This document shows positions 1-8,540 of a stretch of 19,788 bases of DNA, piece by piece. Where the stretch lies: assembly GCA_046726415.1 (NCBI GenBank), contig JBKPAK010000087.1:1-19788 (forward strand), given 5' to 3'. Position 1 is the stretch's first letter, and every line of letters begins with the position of its first letter. The stretch is from Candidatus Methylomirabilota bacterium. GTDB lineage: Bacteria; Methylomirabilota; Methylomirabilia; Rokubacteriales; CSP1-6. The position numbers and the translations under genes were made by a program. Under the pieces are notes generated by a model, which was not told the DNA's origin, did no database searches, and was given only the letters and a program-made list of their open reading frames with translations.

Positions 1-403
1 TCACGTCCTGACTGGCTATTTCGCGTATTACCACCGCACCCGAACCCACCTCTCCCTCACCAAGGATGCACCGGATCAGAGGCCGGTGGAGCCGCCGGAG
101 CTGGGCAAGGTCGTGCCAATCCGCGAAGTCGGTGGCCTGCACCATCGATACATCCGGCGAGCGGCATAGCTGCATTTCGCCCGGCCCAAGCGCACCACCG
201 CCTCTGCAATTACTCCCACGTGATGCTTGCTCCTCGTGATCTGCCCGCCATGGGCGTAGCCACGCCGCGTTTCGAGACACGTCGCCACCCGCCGCACCGT
301 GTCCCGTGGCGTGTCGTGACGCCCCACTTCGTTCAGCGTCGTGCCGTCCGTTCAGCATTCGGCTAGTCACGATGTCGGCCGAACGGAGTTTCGGCGAGGG
401 ACA
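1..403 (+). mobile_element. Right end of an integrase-core (rve, IS481/IS3-like) insertion element
   Basis: Transposase C-terminus at 2-169. A terminus-like sequence ...GAGTTTCGGCGAGGGACA ends at 403 (TGT...ACA-type end), and an unrelated cytochrome gene fragment begins immediately after it. Confidence 0.6.
2..169 (+). CDS. Integrase core domain transposase, C-terminal part (runs off the window start)
   Basis: Manual translation HVLTGYFAYYHRTRTHLSLTKDAPDQRPVEPPELGKVVPIREVGGLHHRYIRRAA*. The YYHxxRxHLSL-KD-P and GGLHHRYxRxAA ending is characteristic of this family. Not in the ORF track. Confidence 0.85.
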   Translation, partial: HVLTGYFAYYHRTRTHLSLTKDAPDQRPVEPPELGKVVPIREVGGLHHRYIRRAA

Positions 404-736
404 GCCGGCGCCCACGCCGATCGACTACGTGAGAGGGTGCACGCCGCTGCAGCTTCAGGGTGCGCTGATCCTGCAGAACAAGCAGTGCCGGAACTGTCAC
501 AGTCTGGGTGGGGAAGGGGGACGACGCGCGGTCCGGCGCTCGACGGCGTCGCCTCACGCATGACGCGTGATCTTCTCATCCGTCAGGTCCTCCAGGGGGG
601 CGGCAACATGCCCGCCTACGGCAAGAACCTGAAGCCGGCCGAAGTCACGGCGCTCGTTGCTTTTCTCGACACGCTGCGCTCGCCCCACGACGCGCGGGCT
701 CGCTCGCCCGTTCCGCCCCCTCGCCTGGACCGCTGA
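404..736 (+). pseudogene. C-terminal c-type cytochrome domain of a cytochrome b/c fusion (bc-complex-like); 5' truncated and frameshifted
   Basis: Heme-binding CRNCH at 486-500 in the frame of ORF 306-563. After a shift at about 525 it continues in the frame of ORF 341-736 as GPALDGVASRMTRDLLIRQVLQGGGNMPAYGKNL (axial Met) to a stop at 736. Confidence 0.75.
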
Positions 737-809
737 GGCGCAGGCGCGTTAAAATATTTTCCTACGGCAAAGGTAATGAAAAAAACACAAAAATTGAAAG
801 AAGAATGAA

Positions 810-2363
810 ATGGCAAACCAAGAGCAGAAAAAGCCAAATATCCTCGTCATCTGGGGGGATGACATCGGCATATGGAACTTATCATGTTACAGCGGCGGGA
901 TGATGGGCTACCAGACGCCCAACATTGACCGTATCGCGAAGGAGGGGATGAAGTTCACGGACTGCTACGCCGAGCAGAGCTGCACAGCGGGCCGCTCCTC
1001 GTTTATCACCGGGCAGAGCGTCTACCGCACCGGCCTCTCCAAGGTCGGCGTGCCTGCCTCACCAATTGGACTCCAGGCCGAGGACCCGACCATTGCCGAA
1101 CTTCTAAAGCCGCTCGGGTACGCCACCGGCCAGTTCGGCAAGAACCACCTTGGAGACCTGAACAAGTACCTGCCGACCGCCCACGGCTTCGACGAGTTTT
1201 TCGGCAACCTGTATCACCTGAACGCCGAAGAGGAACCGGAGCTACCCGACTACCCGAATCCGAAGGACTTTCCTCACTTTCGCGAACGCTTTGGCCCTCG
1301 CGGCGTGATGCACAGCTGGGCGAGCGATACCGACGACCCCACCGAAGAGCCGCGCTGGGGCCGGGTGGGCAAGCAGAAGATCGAGGACACCGGCCCGCTC
1401 ACCAAGAAGCGCATGGAGACCTGCGACGACGAGTTCGTCGGCGCCGCCAAGGACTGGATCAAGCGCCAGCATGCAGCGGGCAAACCCTTTTTCTGCTGGG
1501 TGAACACCACCCACATGCACCTTCGGACCCATCCGAAACCCTCAAGCATTGGACAGGCTGGCCGGTGGCAGTCGCCCTACCATGACACGATGATCGACCA
1601 CGACAAAAACGTGGGCGAGTTACTGAACCTGCTGGACGAGCTGGGCATCGCGAACGACACCTTCGTCATGTACAGCACCGACAACGGGCCGCACATGAAC
1701 ACCTGGCCCGACGGCGCCATGACGCCTTTCCGCAGCGAGAAGAACACCAACTGGGAGGGCGCCTTCCGCGTGCCAATGGCGGTGCGCTGGCCGGGCAAGA
1801 TCCCGGCGGGCGTTATTTCCAACGAGATCGTCCAGCACCACGACTGGCTGCCGACATTCCTCGCGATGGCCGGCGAGCCGGACATCGTAGAGAAGCTTAA
1901 GAAAGGACACCAGGCGGCGGGCAAAACGTTCAAAGTGCATATCGACGGCAACAACCTGTTGCCGTACCTGACCGGACAGGAGACTAAAAGCCCGCGCCAG
2001 GGATTCATCTACTTCGACGACGACGGCAATTTGGTTGCTCTGCGCTTCGACAACTGGAAAATCGTGTTCATGGAGCAGCGCGTTGAGGGGACGCTGCGGA
2101 TCTGGGCCGAGCCGTTCGTGCCGCTGCGGGTCCCGAAGCTCTTTAACCTGCGGACCGACCCGTTCGAGCGAGCCGACATCACCTCGAACACCTACTACGA
2201 CTGGTTAGTGGACCACATCCCCCAGGTATTAGCGGCGCAGGCAATCGTGCTCCCGTTCCTGGAAACGTTCAAAGAGTTCCCGCCGCGCCAGAAGGCGGCG
2301 AGCTTTACCATTGATCAGGCATTGGCGAAGATGAGCGAGGCTGCCAGCGGAGCGAGGCACTGA
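810..2363 (+). CDS. Arylsulfatase (Cys-type, formylglycine-dependent, AslA-like), apparently intact
   Basis: [13 protein letters not shown] metal site, SCTAGRSSFITG maturation motif (Cys at 981-983), GKNHLG, STDNG and EGAFRVP motifs; 517 aa; no signal peptide seen. Confidence 0.95.
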   Translation: MANQEQKKPNILVIWGDDIGIWNLSCYSGGMMGYQTPNIDRIAKEGMKFTDCYAEQSCTAGRSSFITGQSVYRTGLSKVGVPASPIGLQAEDPTIAELLKPLGYATGQFGKNHLGDLNKYLPTAHGFDEFFGNLYHLNAEEEPELPDYPNPKDFPHFRERFGPRGVMHSWASDTDDPTEEPRWGRVGKQKIEDTGPLTKKRMETCDDEFVGAAKDWIKRQHAAGKPFFCWVNTTHMHLRTHPKPSSIGQAGRWQSPYHDTMIDHDKNVGELLNLLDELGIANDTFVMYSTDNGPHMNTWPDGAMTPFRSEKNTNWEGAFRVPMAVRWPGKIPAGVISNEIVQHHDWLPTFLAMAGEPDIVEKLKKGHQAAGKTFKVHIDGNNLLPYLTGQETKSPRQGFIYFDDDGNLVALRFDNWKIVFMEQRVEGTLRIWAEPFVPLRVPKLFNLRTDPFERADITSNTYYDWLVDHIPQVLAAQAIVLPFLETFKEFPPRQKAASFTIDQALAKMSEAASGARH

Positions 2364-2390
2364 GAGCTCAGGGGAAGACACAAGCTGTTT

Positions 2391-2460
2391 AAGGTTCAAT
2401 GTTCCAGGTTCAACGTGTAACTCGTTCGACCTTGAACATTGAACTTTGAGCCTTGAACTT
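2391..2460. repeat. Imperfect inverted repeat built from 7-bp tandem units (long hairpin)
   Basis: 2391-2415 AAGGTTCAATGTTCCAGGTTCAACG pairs with 2423-2447 CGTTCGACCTTGAACATTGAACTTT (21/25, 7-nt loop). Heptamers such as CCTTGAA/CATTGAA/CTTTGAG continue to 2460. Confidence 0.75.
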
Positions 2461-2535
2461 CTCGACAGCCCGGGCGAAGAGAGGAGGCCTGAAGTGTCGG
2501 AGAGGCGGTACAGCGCAGCGGTTGATTGATCTTCG

Positions 2536-3822
2536 ATGAGCCAACACGAAGAAGAGCATTCACTATCCCCTGGGGTAGCAAGGGAAGTCCAGGACTTTTA
2601 CGAACGGTATCCGTATCCCCGGCCGATCGACAGCCTTGAGAAATATCGACGGCTCGGGCAGGACCGGCAAAAACGCCGGGTGGACTATCATCTCTTTTGG
2701 CCTGGACGACCCTATCGGGAAGACCAATCCATCCTGATTGCCGGTTGCGGGACATCGCAGGCGGCCAAGCATGCTCTGCGTTGGCCTGCTGCTCAGGTTA
2801 CCGGCATTGACTTCAGCGCAATCAGTGTGCGCTGTACCGAGGAGCTCAAACGAAAATATGATTTACGCAATCTCCAGGTCCGCCAGCTTCCGATCGAGCG
2901 CGTGAGCGATTTGAAAATGAGCTTCGATCAGATCGTCTGCACCGGGGTTCTCCATCATCTACCGGATCCCGATGCGGGGCTCAGCGCCCTGCGCGGCGTG
3001 CTGAAACCGGACGGCGCGATGCATCTCATGGTGTATGCGCCTTACGGGCGGGCCGGCATCTATATGCTGCAAGAGTTCTGCAGAAGGATCGGTATCCATA
3101 CCAACGATGAGGAGATCCGCGATCTCATCGCTGCGCTCACAGCGTTGCCACCCGGCCATCCGTTAGAGAATCTGCTGCGCGAGACCCCGGATTTCCGCCA
3201 GGAGGCGGCGCTCGCCGACGCGCTGCTGAACCCGCAGGACCGCAGCTACTCAGTGTCGCAATTCTTTGATTTCATCGAAAAGGCAGGACTGACATTCGGC
3301 CGGTGGTTAAAACAAGCACCTTACAGCCCTCATTGCGGAGTCGTAGCAAAGATCCCGCAGGCCTTCCGGCTGAAAGACCTTTCCGTAGCAGAGCAGTATG
3401 CCGCTGGCGAACTATTTCGCGGCACCATGGTACGCCACAGCGCGGTTGTTTACCGAAACGACAGCCCTGGCGGCCCGCAACCGGTCAGTTTCGCCGGCGA
3501 CGCCTGGCTCGGCTATGTGCCGCTTCGAATGCCAGACACGATCTCTGTGCAGGAGCGGCTGCCGCCCGGGGCCGCGAGTGTGCTGATCAACCAGACACAC
3601 GCCTATAGGGATCTGTGTATGCCAATAGATTCGACGGAAAAGCGTTTGCTCGACGCCATTGATGGGGACTATGGTATCGGCGGCATAGTGGAAAGAACCC
3701 TGCCCTCCTCAGAAACAAAACCGCAGCTCGATATGGCACGTAGCTTCTTTGAAAGGCTCTGGTGGTACGATCAGGTCGTGTTCGACACGTCGCGGTGCCG
3801 TGGACGAAGAGAGGATACTTGA
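2536..3822 (+). CDS. Class I SAM-dependent methyltransferase with C-terminal extension
   Basis: N-terminal FYERYPYP, motif I ILIAGCGT, VTGIDFS, FDQIVCTGVLHHLPDP and LKPDG; 428 aa, intact. Confidence 0.9.
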   Translation: MSQHEEEHSLSPGVAREVQDFYERYPYPRPIDSLEKYRRLGQDRQKRRVDYHLFWPGRPYREDQSILIAGCGTSQAAKHALRWPAAQVTGIDFSAISVRCTEELKRKYDLRNLQVRQLPIERVSDLKMSFDQIVCTGVLHHLPDPDAGLSALRGVLKPDGAMHLMVYAPYGRAGIYMLQEFCRRIGIHTNDEEIRDLIAALTALPPGHPLENLLRETPDFRQEAALADALLNPQDRSYSVSQFFDFIEKAGLTFGRWLKQAPYSPHCGVVAKIPQAFRLKDLSVAEQYAAGELFRGTMVRHSAVVYRNDSPGGPQPVSFAGDAWLGYVPLRMPDTISVQERLPPGAASVLINQTHAYRDLCMPIDSTEKRLLDAIDGDYGIGGIVERTLPSSETKPQLDMARSFFERLWWYDQVVFDTSRCRGRREDT

Positions 3823-3893
3823 CGTTGGGGAGATTCAGGAAATCTTGACCTGATTCTGGGACCAATTGATCGCGCGGCCGAGCGGGCCTTTAG

Positions 3894-4487
3894 CCCGGAA
3901 AATTCACGAAGGATGAAAGAAAAGGGGCCATCGAGTCCCTCGCGTGTGCGAAAACAGTGGTGTCGAAGCATGCTCCGCACACACTGACGAGGAGGCCCGA
4001 TGGCGACAGACTGTATAACGCAAGTCGCGCTCAAATTCGAGAAGCCTGTGGTGGCCCGGTTCGCCGTCCCCTCCGCCAGCGCCGATGAAGGCGCGGTGCT
4101 CCTCAAGGCTCTGGATCGGCGGCTGGGGTGACGGAGGCGGTGGCCAGTTGTCTGCAGGATCGGCGCCAGCCGGGCAAGGTCCAGCACGCGGCCGTCGACC
4201 TGGTCCGGCAGCGGATCTCTGGCCTGGCCTGCGGCTATGCCGATGGCAACGACGCCGCCCGGCTGGCCGACGATGCCCTGCACAAGTTCTTGCTCGATCG
4301 CGATCCGCTGGCGGGGCCGGCCCTGGATTCGCAGCCCACGGTCTCGCGCTTCGAGAATGCTCCGGGCTCCGTGGCTCTGACCCGGCTGGGCCACGCCTTG
4401 GCCGACCTCGTTATCGGGCAGCACTGTGCGCGGCTGCAGGGGCGGGCCCGGTGCATCACCCTCGACGTCGATCCCACCGACGACCCG
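3894..4487 (+). mobile_element. IS1380-family element: left end and 5' third of the transposase (frameshifted, truncated)
   Basis: Probable IRL CCCGGAAAATTCA at 3894; RBS GGAGG at 3991 and ATG at 4000 (MATDCITQ...PVVARF...GAVLLKALDRRLG). After a shift in the G run at about 4128 it reads QRISGLACGYADGNDA, SQPTVSRFEN and ITLDVDPTDDP, then stops abruptly at 4487. Confidence 0.85.
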
Positions 4488-4541
4488 CCCGCGAGATTGG
4501 TCAGAGCGATGCCATGAGCGGGGCGCTGGGGGTGGGCGGTG

Positions 4542-4738
4542 AGTGGCTACGACCTCACCAAGCAGAACTACAACGCCACGGATCAGACCAAGAGTGTCCT
4601 CGACCACGAGCAGATGCGTGCGCTCATGAGACGCGACTATCCACCTGGATCAAGGATCAGAACTCCCTGACCCTGGAAACGTTCAACGACATCAAGGGCG
4701 CCGACGCCTTCCTCGCGCTGTTCCGGCTGGATAACTGA
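4542..4738 (+). pseudogene. C-terminal remnant of an unidentified protein
   Basis: GC3-rich reading SGYDLTKQNYNATDQTKSVLDHEQMRALM, a shift at about 4630, then TRLSTWIKDQNSLTLETFNDIKGADAFLALFRLDN*. No start and no recognised family. Confidence 0.35.
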
Positions 4739-4811
4739 GCGTTCGCCTCTATCAGGAGGGGCCGACCCGGAGAAACACGTTCAGCAGGGCACCGATCCCG
4801 GCTCCGCAGGG

Positions 4812-5438
4812 CTAGACCACTCCGATGCCGCGCAGCCCGAGGAAGATGAACTCCACCGCGACGGCGACCTGCAGCACGGCCAGGACCGCGCCGAAGATCC
4901 GCAGGACCATGACGGCGACGCCGCCCATGACCAGGCGCGCGGACAGCATCGACAGCAGGTTGAGCGCCATCACCCCCGTCAGCATGGCAACGATGGTCGC
5001 GGTGCGCGCGGCGTGAGGGCTGTTGGCGAGGAGGGCGATGACGGCCGCAATGCCATAGGGCGTGATGACCGTGGGAAAGGCGAGCCGCAAAGCGGCCGCC
5101 ATCGGTGCGGCCGGGAGCGGCGGGGGCGCCGCGGGCTCGGGCCGGTACTGCTCGAAGACCACACTCAGACCGACAAGGAAGAAGATGATCCCTCCGGCGA
5201 GCGTCATCGCCCAGACCGAGAGGTGCCAGTTCTCGAGTAGCGCCCAACCGACGAAGCCGCCGACGACCACGGCGATCACCCCGAGCACGCATGCCCGCAC
5301 GGCAATCTGCCGTAGCGTCGAATCGTCCGCGTCGCGCGTCAGCTGCAGGAACGGGCCGACGATCTTGATGGGCCCGAGTGTCACGAAGAGCAGCGTGAAG
5401 ACCTTCCCGAACCCCAGCAGGACATCACCTTGCGCCAT
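4812..5438 (-). CDS. MarC family integral membrane protein
   Basis: FTLLFVTLGPIKIVGPF, AGGIIFFLVGL, LAFPTVITPYGIAAVI and RIFGAVLAVLQV; about 6 hydrophobic segments. GGAG RBS precedes the ATG at 5438, so this is the 3' half of track ORF 4812-6086. Confidence 0.88.
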   Translation of the reverse strand: MAQGDVLLGFGKVFTLLFVTLGPIKIVGPFLQLTRDADDSTLRQIAVRACVLGVIAVVVGGFVGWALLENWHLSVWAMTLAGGIIFFLVGLSVVFEQYRPEPAAPPPLPAAPMAAALRLAFPTVITPYGIAAVIALLANSPHAARTATIVAMLTGVMALNLLSMLSARLVMGGVAVMVLRIFGAVLAVLQVAVAVEFIFLGLRGIGVV

Positions 5439-5467
5439 CGCTGACTCCATCGCCAGATGCGCGTCGG

Positions 5468-6456
5468 TCAGCGCGGCTGGCTCGGCATCCGGACAACGCA
5501 CCGGAAGCCCAGGTGGCACGTCGAGGTGTCGATCGGCTGGGCCATGCGGGCCGCTGGCCGGTAGCGCCGGCAGTAGTTGGGCGCGCAGAGGTAGGAACCG
5601 CCCTTCATGACCCGGCGTGGGATCCGGAGGCCCCGCATCCCGGCGTGGTAGCTCCGCTCCGCCTGGCCCCCGAGCGGGTTCACGCTCCCGCAGCAGGGAT
5701 GGACCAGCTCCGCGTGCGGCTGATACCAGTCCATCGTCCACTCCCACACGTTGCCGGCCATGTCGTGGAGGCCGTAGCCGTTCGGGGGGAACGACCCCAC
5801 GGGCGCCGTCCACTCGTACCCATCGGTGAGGAGATTTTCGTGAGGAAAGTCGCCCTGCCAGGAGTTGCACATGGACTTGCTGCGGGGGTGAACTCGTGGC
5901 CCCACCAGAACTCGGCGCCATCGAGGCCCCCGCGGGCGGCGAACTCCCACTCAGCCTCGGTGGGGAGCGCCTTCCCCGCCCACCGGGCATAGGTCTCCGC
6001 GTCCTCGTACGCCACGTGGACCACCGGGTGCCTGGCGAGTCCCCCGAGCGAGCTCTGCCGCCCTCGAGGGCGCCGCCAGTCCACACCCGGGGTCCAGTCC
6101 CACCAGTTGACGTGGTTGCGGAGATCGACCGGGTGCAGGGCCTTCCTGAACAGCATCGACGCGGCCACCAGCATCTCGGGCTTGGCGCCCGGGTAATCCT
6201 CGGCCGTCGGCGGGCGCTCCGCCAACGTCACGTGTCCCGTCGCCTCCACGAATAGCCGGAACTCGCGGTTGGTCACGGTGTACCGATCCATCCAGAACCC
6301 ATCCACGGTCACCTCGTGGGCGGGCGCCTCCTCCGGGTAGTGGTGGTCGGATCCCATGCGGAACGCGCCGCCCGGGATCCACACCATGTCGGGCGCCGGC
6401 GGGGGGCCTGGCGGCGGCGCCGCCGCCAGGTATTCCGCCTTCCGGTCGGCGACCAT
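5468..6456 (-). CDS. Formylglycine-generating enzyme (SUMF1/FGE-sulfatase), one frameshift at about 5884
   Basis: [31 protein letters not shown] and [14 protein letters not shown]. After a 1-nt loss next to a G5 run it continues [15 protein letters not shown] and the catalytic [20 protein letters not shown]...HLGFRCV. Confidence 0.9.
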
Positions 6457-6584
6457 CAGCTCTCGATCCGGTCGATGTTGGGAGTCCGGTACCCCATCAC
6501 CCCCTTCGTGTAGCAGCTGAGATTGGATTGCCCGATGTCGTCCCCCCAGATGACGAGGATGTTCGGCTTCTTCGCGTCCGGCAT
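6456..6584 (-). pseudogene. 42-aa N-terminal stub of a second AslA-like arylsulfatase
   Basis: [42 protein letters not shown] closely parallels the N-terminus of 810-2363. It has its own RBS, and its TGA overlaps the FGE ATG. Not in the ORF track. Confidence 0.85.
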
Positions 6585-6681
6585 ACGATGTCCCTCTTCT
6601 CCAGGTGTCTCCGGTTGAGTTCAGCTACCTGGCCTGGCCGTAGCTGAGCTGGTTCGATCCGCGACCTGCTCGACATTGCGC

Positions 6682-7961
6682 ATACGTCTTGCGTTCCCTG
6701 GTGAGCTGCGGGCGCGCGTCGCCGAACCGCGCCGTTCCGCGGCTGTCCAAGGGAAAGACGTTGTACTTTCCGGCCTCGGCGTACCACAGCGCGATCATCT
6801 CGATGAGCTTGTCGCGGTGCTCGCCCACCAGATTCTTGGTCTCGGCGAAGTCCTCGGCGACGTGGTAGAGCTCCCAGCCTTGGCGTCGAGCTCCCGGAGC
6901 TTCTCCTCGGTCAGGGGGAGCTGGCCGAAGAACACCTTGGCCTCGGTGAAGGACGGCCCGGGAAAGGCGCGCCAGCCGTCGTGGTAGATCGCCCGGTGGG
7001 CAAACATCTCGAAGTACTGGGTCTTGTGCCGGCTCTCGGCCCGGGCGTCGTCGAAGGTATGGCGGAAGCTCACGCCCTCGATGGGTGACTGGGTCACCCC
7101 CCGGATCTGTGCGGGCGGCTCGATTCCCAGCGCATCGAGGACGGTCGGAACCATGTCGATGGCGTGGGCGTACTGTGGCCGGATCTCGCCCCGAGCCTTG
7201 ATGCCACGGGGCCACTGGACGATGAAGGGATCGGCCACGCCGCCGCGGTAGGTCTCCCGCTTCCAGCGGCGGAACGGCGTGTTGCCGGCGAACGTCCAGC
7301 CCCACGCGTAGTGATTGAAGTACCGGGGCCCTCCGAGGTCGTCGAGCGCGGCGAGGTTCGCCTTTAAGTCCTCGGGCACGTTGTTGAAGAACTTGTTCTC
7401 GTTGGTCGAGCCGGTCGGCCCGCCCTCGGAGCTGGCGCCGTTGTCGGAGATCAGCATGATGAGGGCTTTGTCCAGCTCGCCGATGCTCTGCAGGAAGGTG
7501 ATCAGTCGGCCAATGTGGTGGTCGGTATGCTCGAGGAAGCCGGCGAAGACCTCCATCATGCGCGCGTAGAGTTTCCTTTCGTCCGCTGGGAGCTTGCTCC
7601 ACTCCTGGACGTCCGGGTCGTGCCGCGAGAGCACCGTGTTCTTCGGAACGATGCCGAGCTCCTTCTGCTTGGCCAGGGCCCTCTCGCGGTACACGTCCCA
7701 GCCCTCGTCGAATTTCCCCTGGTACCGATCGGCCCACTCTTTCGGCACCTGGTGGGGAGCATGCTGGGAGCCGGTGGCGAAGTAGAGGAAGAACGGCTTG
7801 TCCGGCGCGAGCTGCTTGGCGTCGGCGATGAACCGGATCGCCTTGTTGGTCAGGTCCTCGCTGAGGTGATAGCCCTCCTCGAGCGTGCTCTCCGGGTCGA
7901 CCTGGTGGTTGTCGTAAACGAGGTCGGGATAGTACTGGCTGGTGTCGCCGCCGAGGAACCC
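6682..7961 (-). pseudogene. Internal fragment of an AtsA/AtsD-type arylsulfatase (paralog B)
   Basis: GFLGGDTSQYYPDL...KPFFLYFATGSQHAPHQ...SDNGASSEGG...NTPFRRWKRETYRGG...QYFEMFAHRAIY, a shift at about 6879, then WELYHVAEDFAE...YNVFPLD. Lacks the N-terminal catalytic motif and the C-terminal domain. Confidence 0.88.
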
Positions 7962-7962
7962 T

Positions 7963-8540
7963 TCTCGAAGTATTGCAGATCATGCCGCTCCGGCGCCTGC
8001 GCATCCTCGAAGGTGTCGGCCATGCTGACGCCTTCGAACGGCGCCTGAGCAATGCTGTTGACGATCGTCGGTTCGGGCAGGCTGGCCACGTCCAGGATGG
8101 TCTTGGCCACGTCGATGACGTGGTGGAACTGCGAACGGATCTCACCCTTAGCCCTGATGCCGTTGGGCCAGTGCACGATCGTGCCGTTGCGCGTCCCGCC
8201 CCAATGAGAAGCGATCTGCTTGGTCCACTGATACGGCGTGCACAGCGCATGCGCCCAGCCGACGGCGTAGTGGTTGTAGGCGTGGGGGGGTGCCGAAATC
8301 CTCGATCTTGCTCAGCAGGAACGCGGGCGTCTCGATGCCGGGCATCCCGTTCAGCGTGGTCATCTCGTTGAAGCAGCCGTTCAGCGTGCCTTCGGCCGAG
8401 GCTCCGTTGTCGCCGATGATGTAGTAGATCAGCGTGTCATCGAGGGCGCCGAGGTCCTCGAGCGTGTCGAACAGCCGCCCGATGTGGTGGTCTGTCTGTT
8501 CCATGAAGCCGGCGTAGATCTCCATCTGCCGCGCCAGCAA
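7963..8540 (-). pseudogene. Internal fragment of another AtsA/AtsD-type arylsulfatase (paralog A)
   Basis: LARQMEIYAGFMEQTDHHIGRL...GDNGASAEG, a shift in the G7 run at 8284-8290, then YNHYAVGWAHALCTPYQWTKQIASHWGGTRNG...QYFE. Covers the same protein region as part of paralog B. Confidence 0.88.

Noticed and set aside
378-395. GCCGAAC...TTCGGC resembling attC R boxes
   Set aside because: Only 18 bp long with no L boxes; better explained as a subterminal palindrome of the IS end.
4812-6086. 424-aa track ORF as an extended MarC
   Set aside because: The N-terminal half is an alternative frame of the FGE gene; MarC similarity and an RBS begin at 5438.
810-6584. Inversion between the two inverted sulfatase N-termini (phase variation)
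   Set aside because: The copies are clearly diverged at the nucleotide level, no recombinase is present, and the stub runs straight into FGE; simple deletion suffices.
6618-6650. 11-bp hairpin before the sulfatase stub
   Set aside because: No U-tract and it lies in junction debris; no function can be supported.
6625-8250. 541-aa minus-strand ORF
   Set aside because: Mostly an off-frame reading of the sulfatase fragments; only the last ~65 sulfatase-like residues after the 6879 shift are meaningful.
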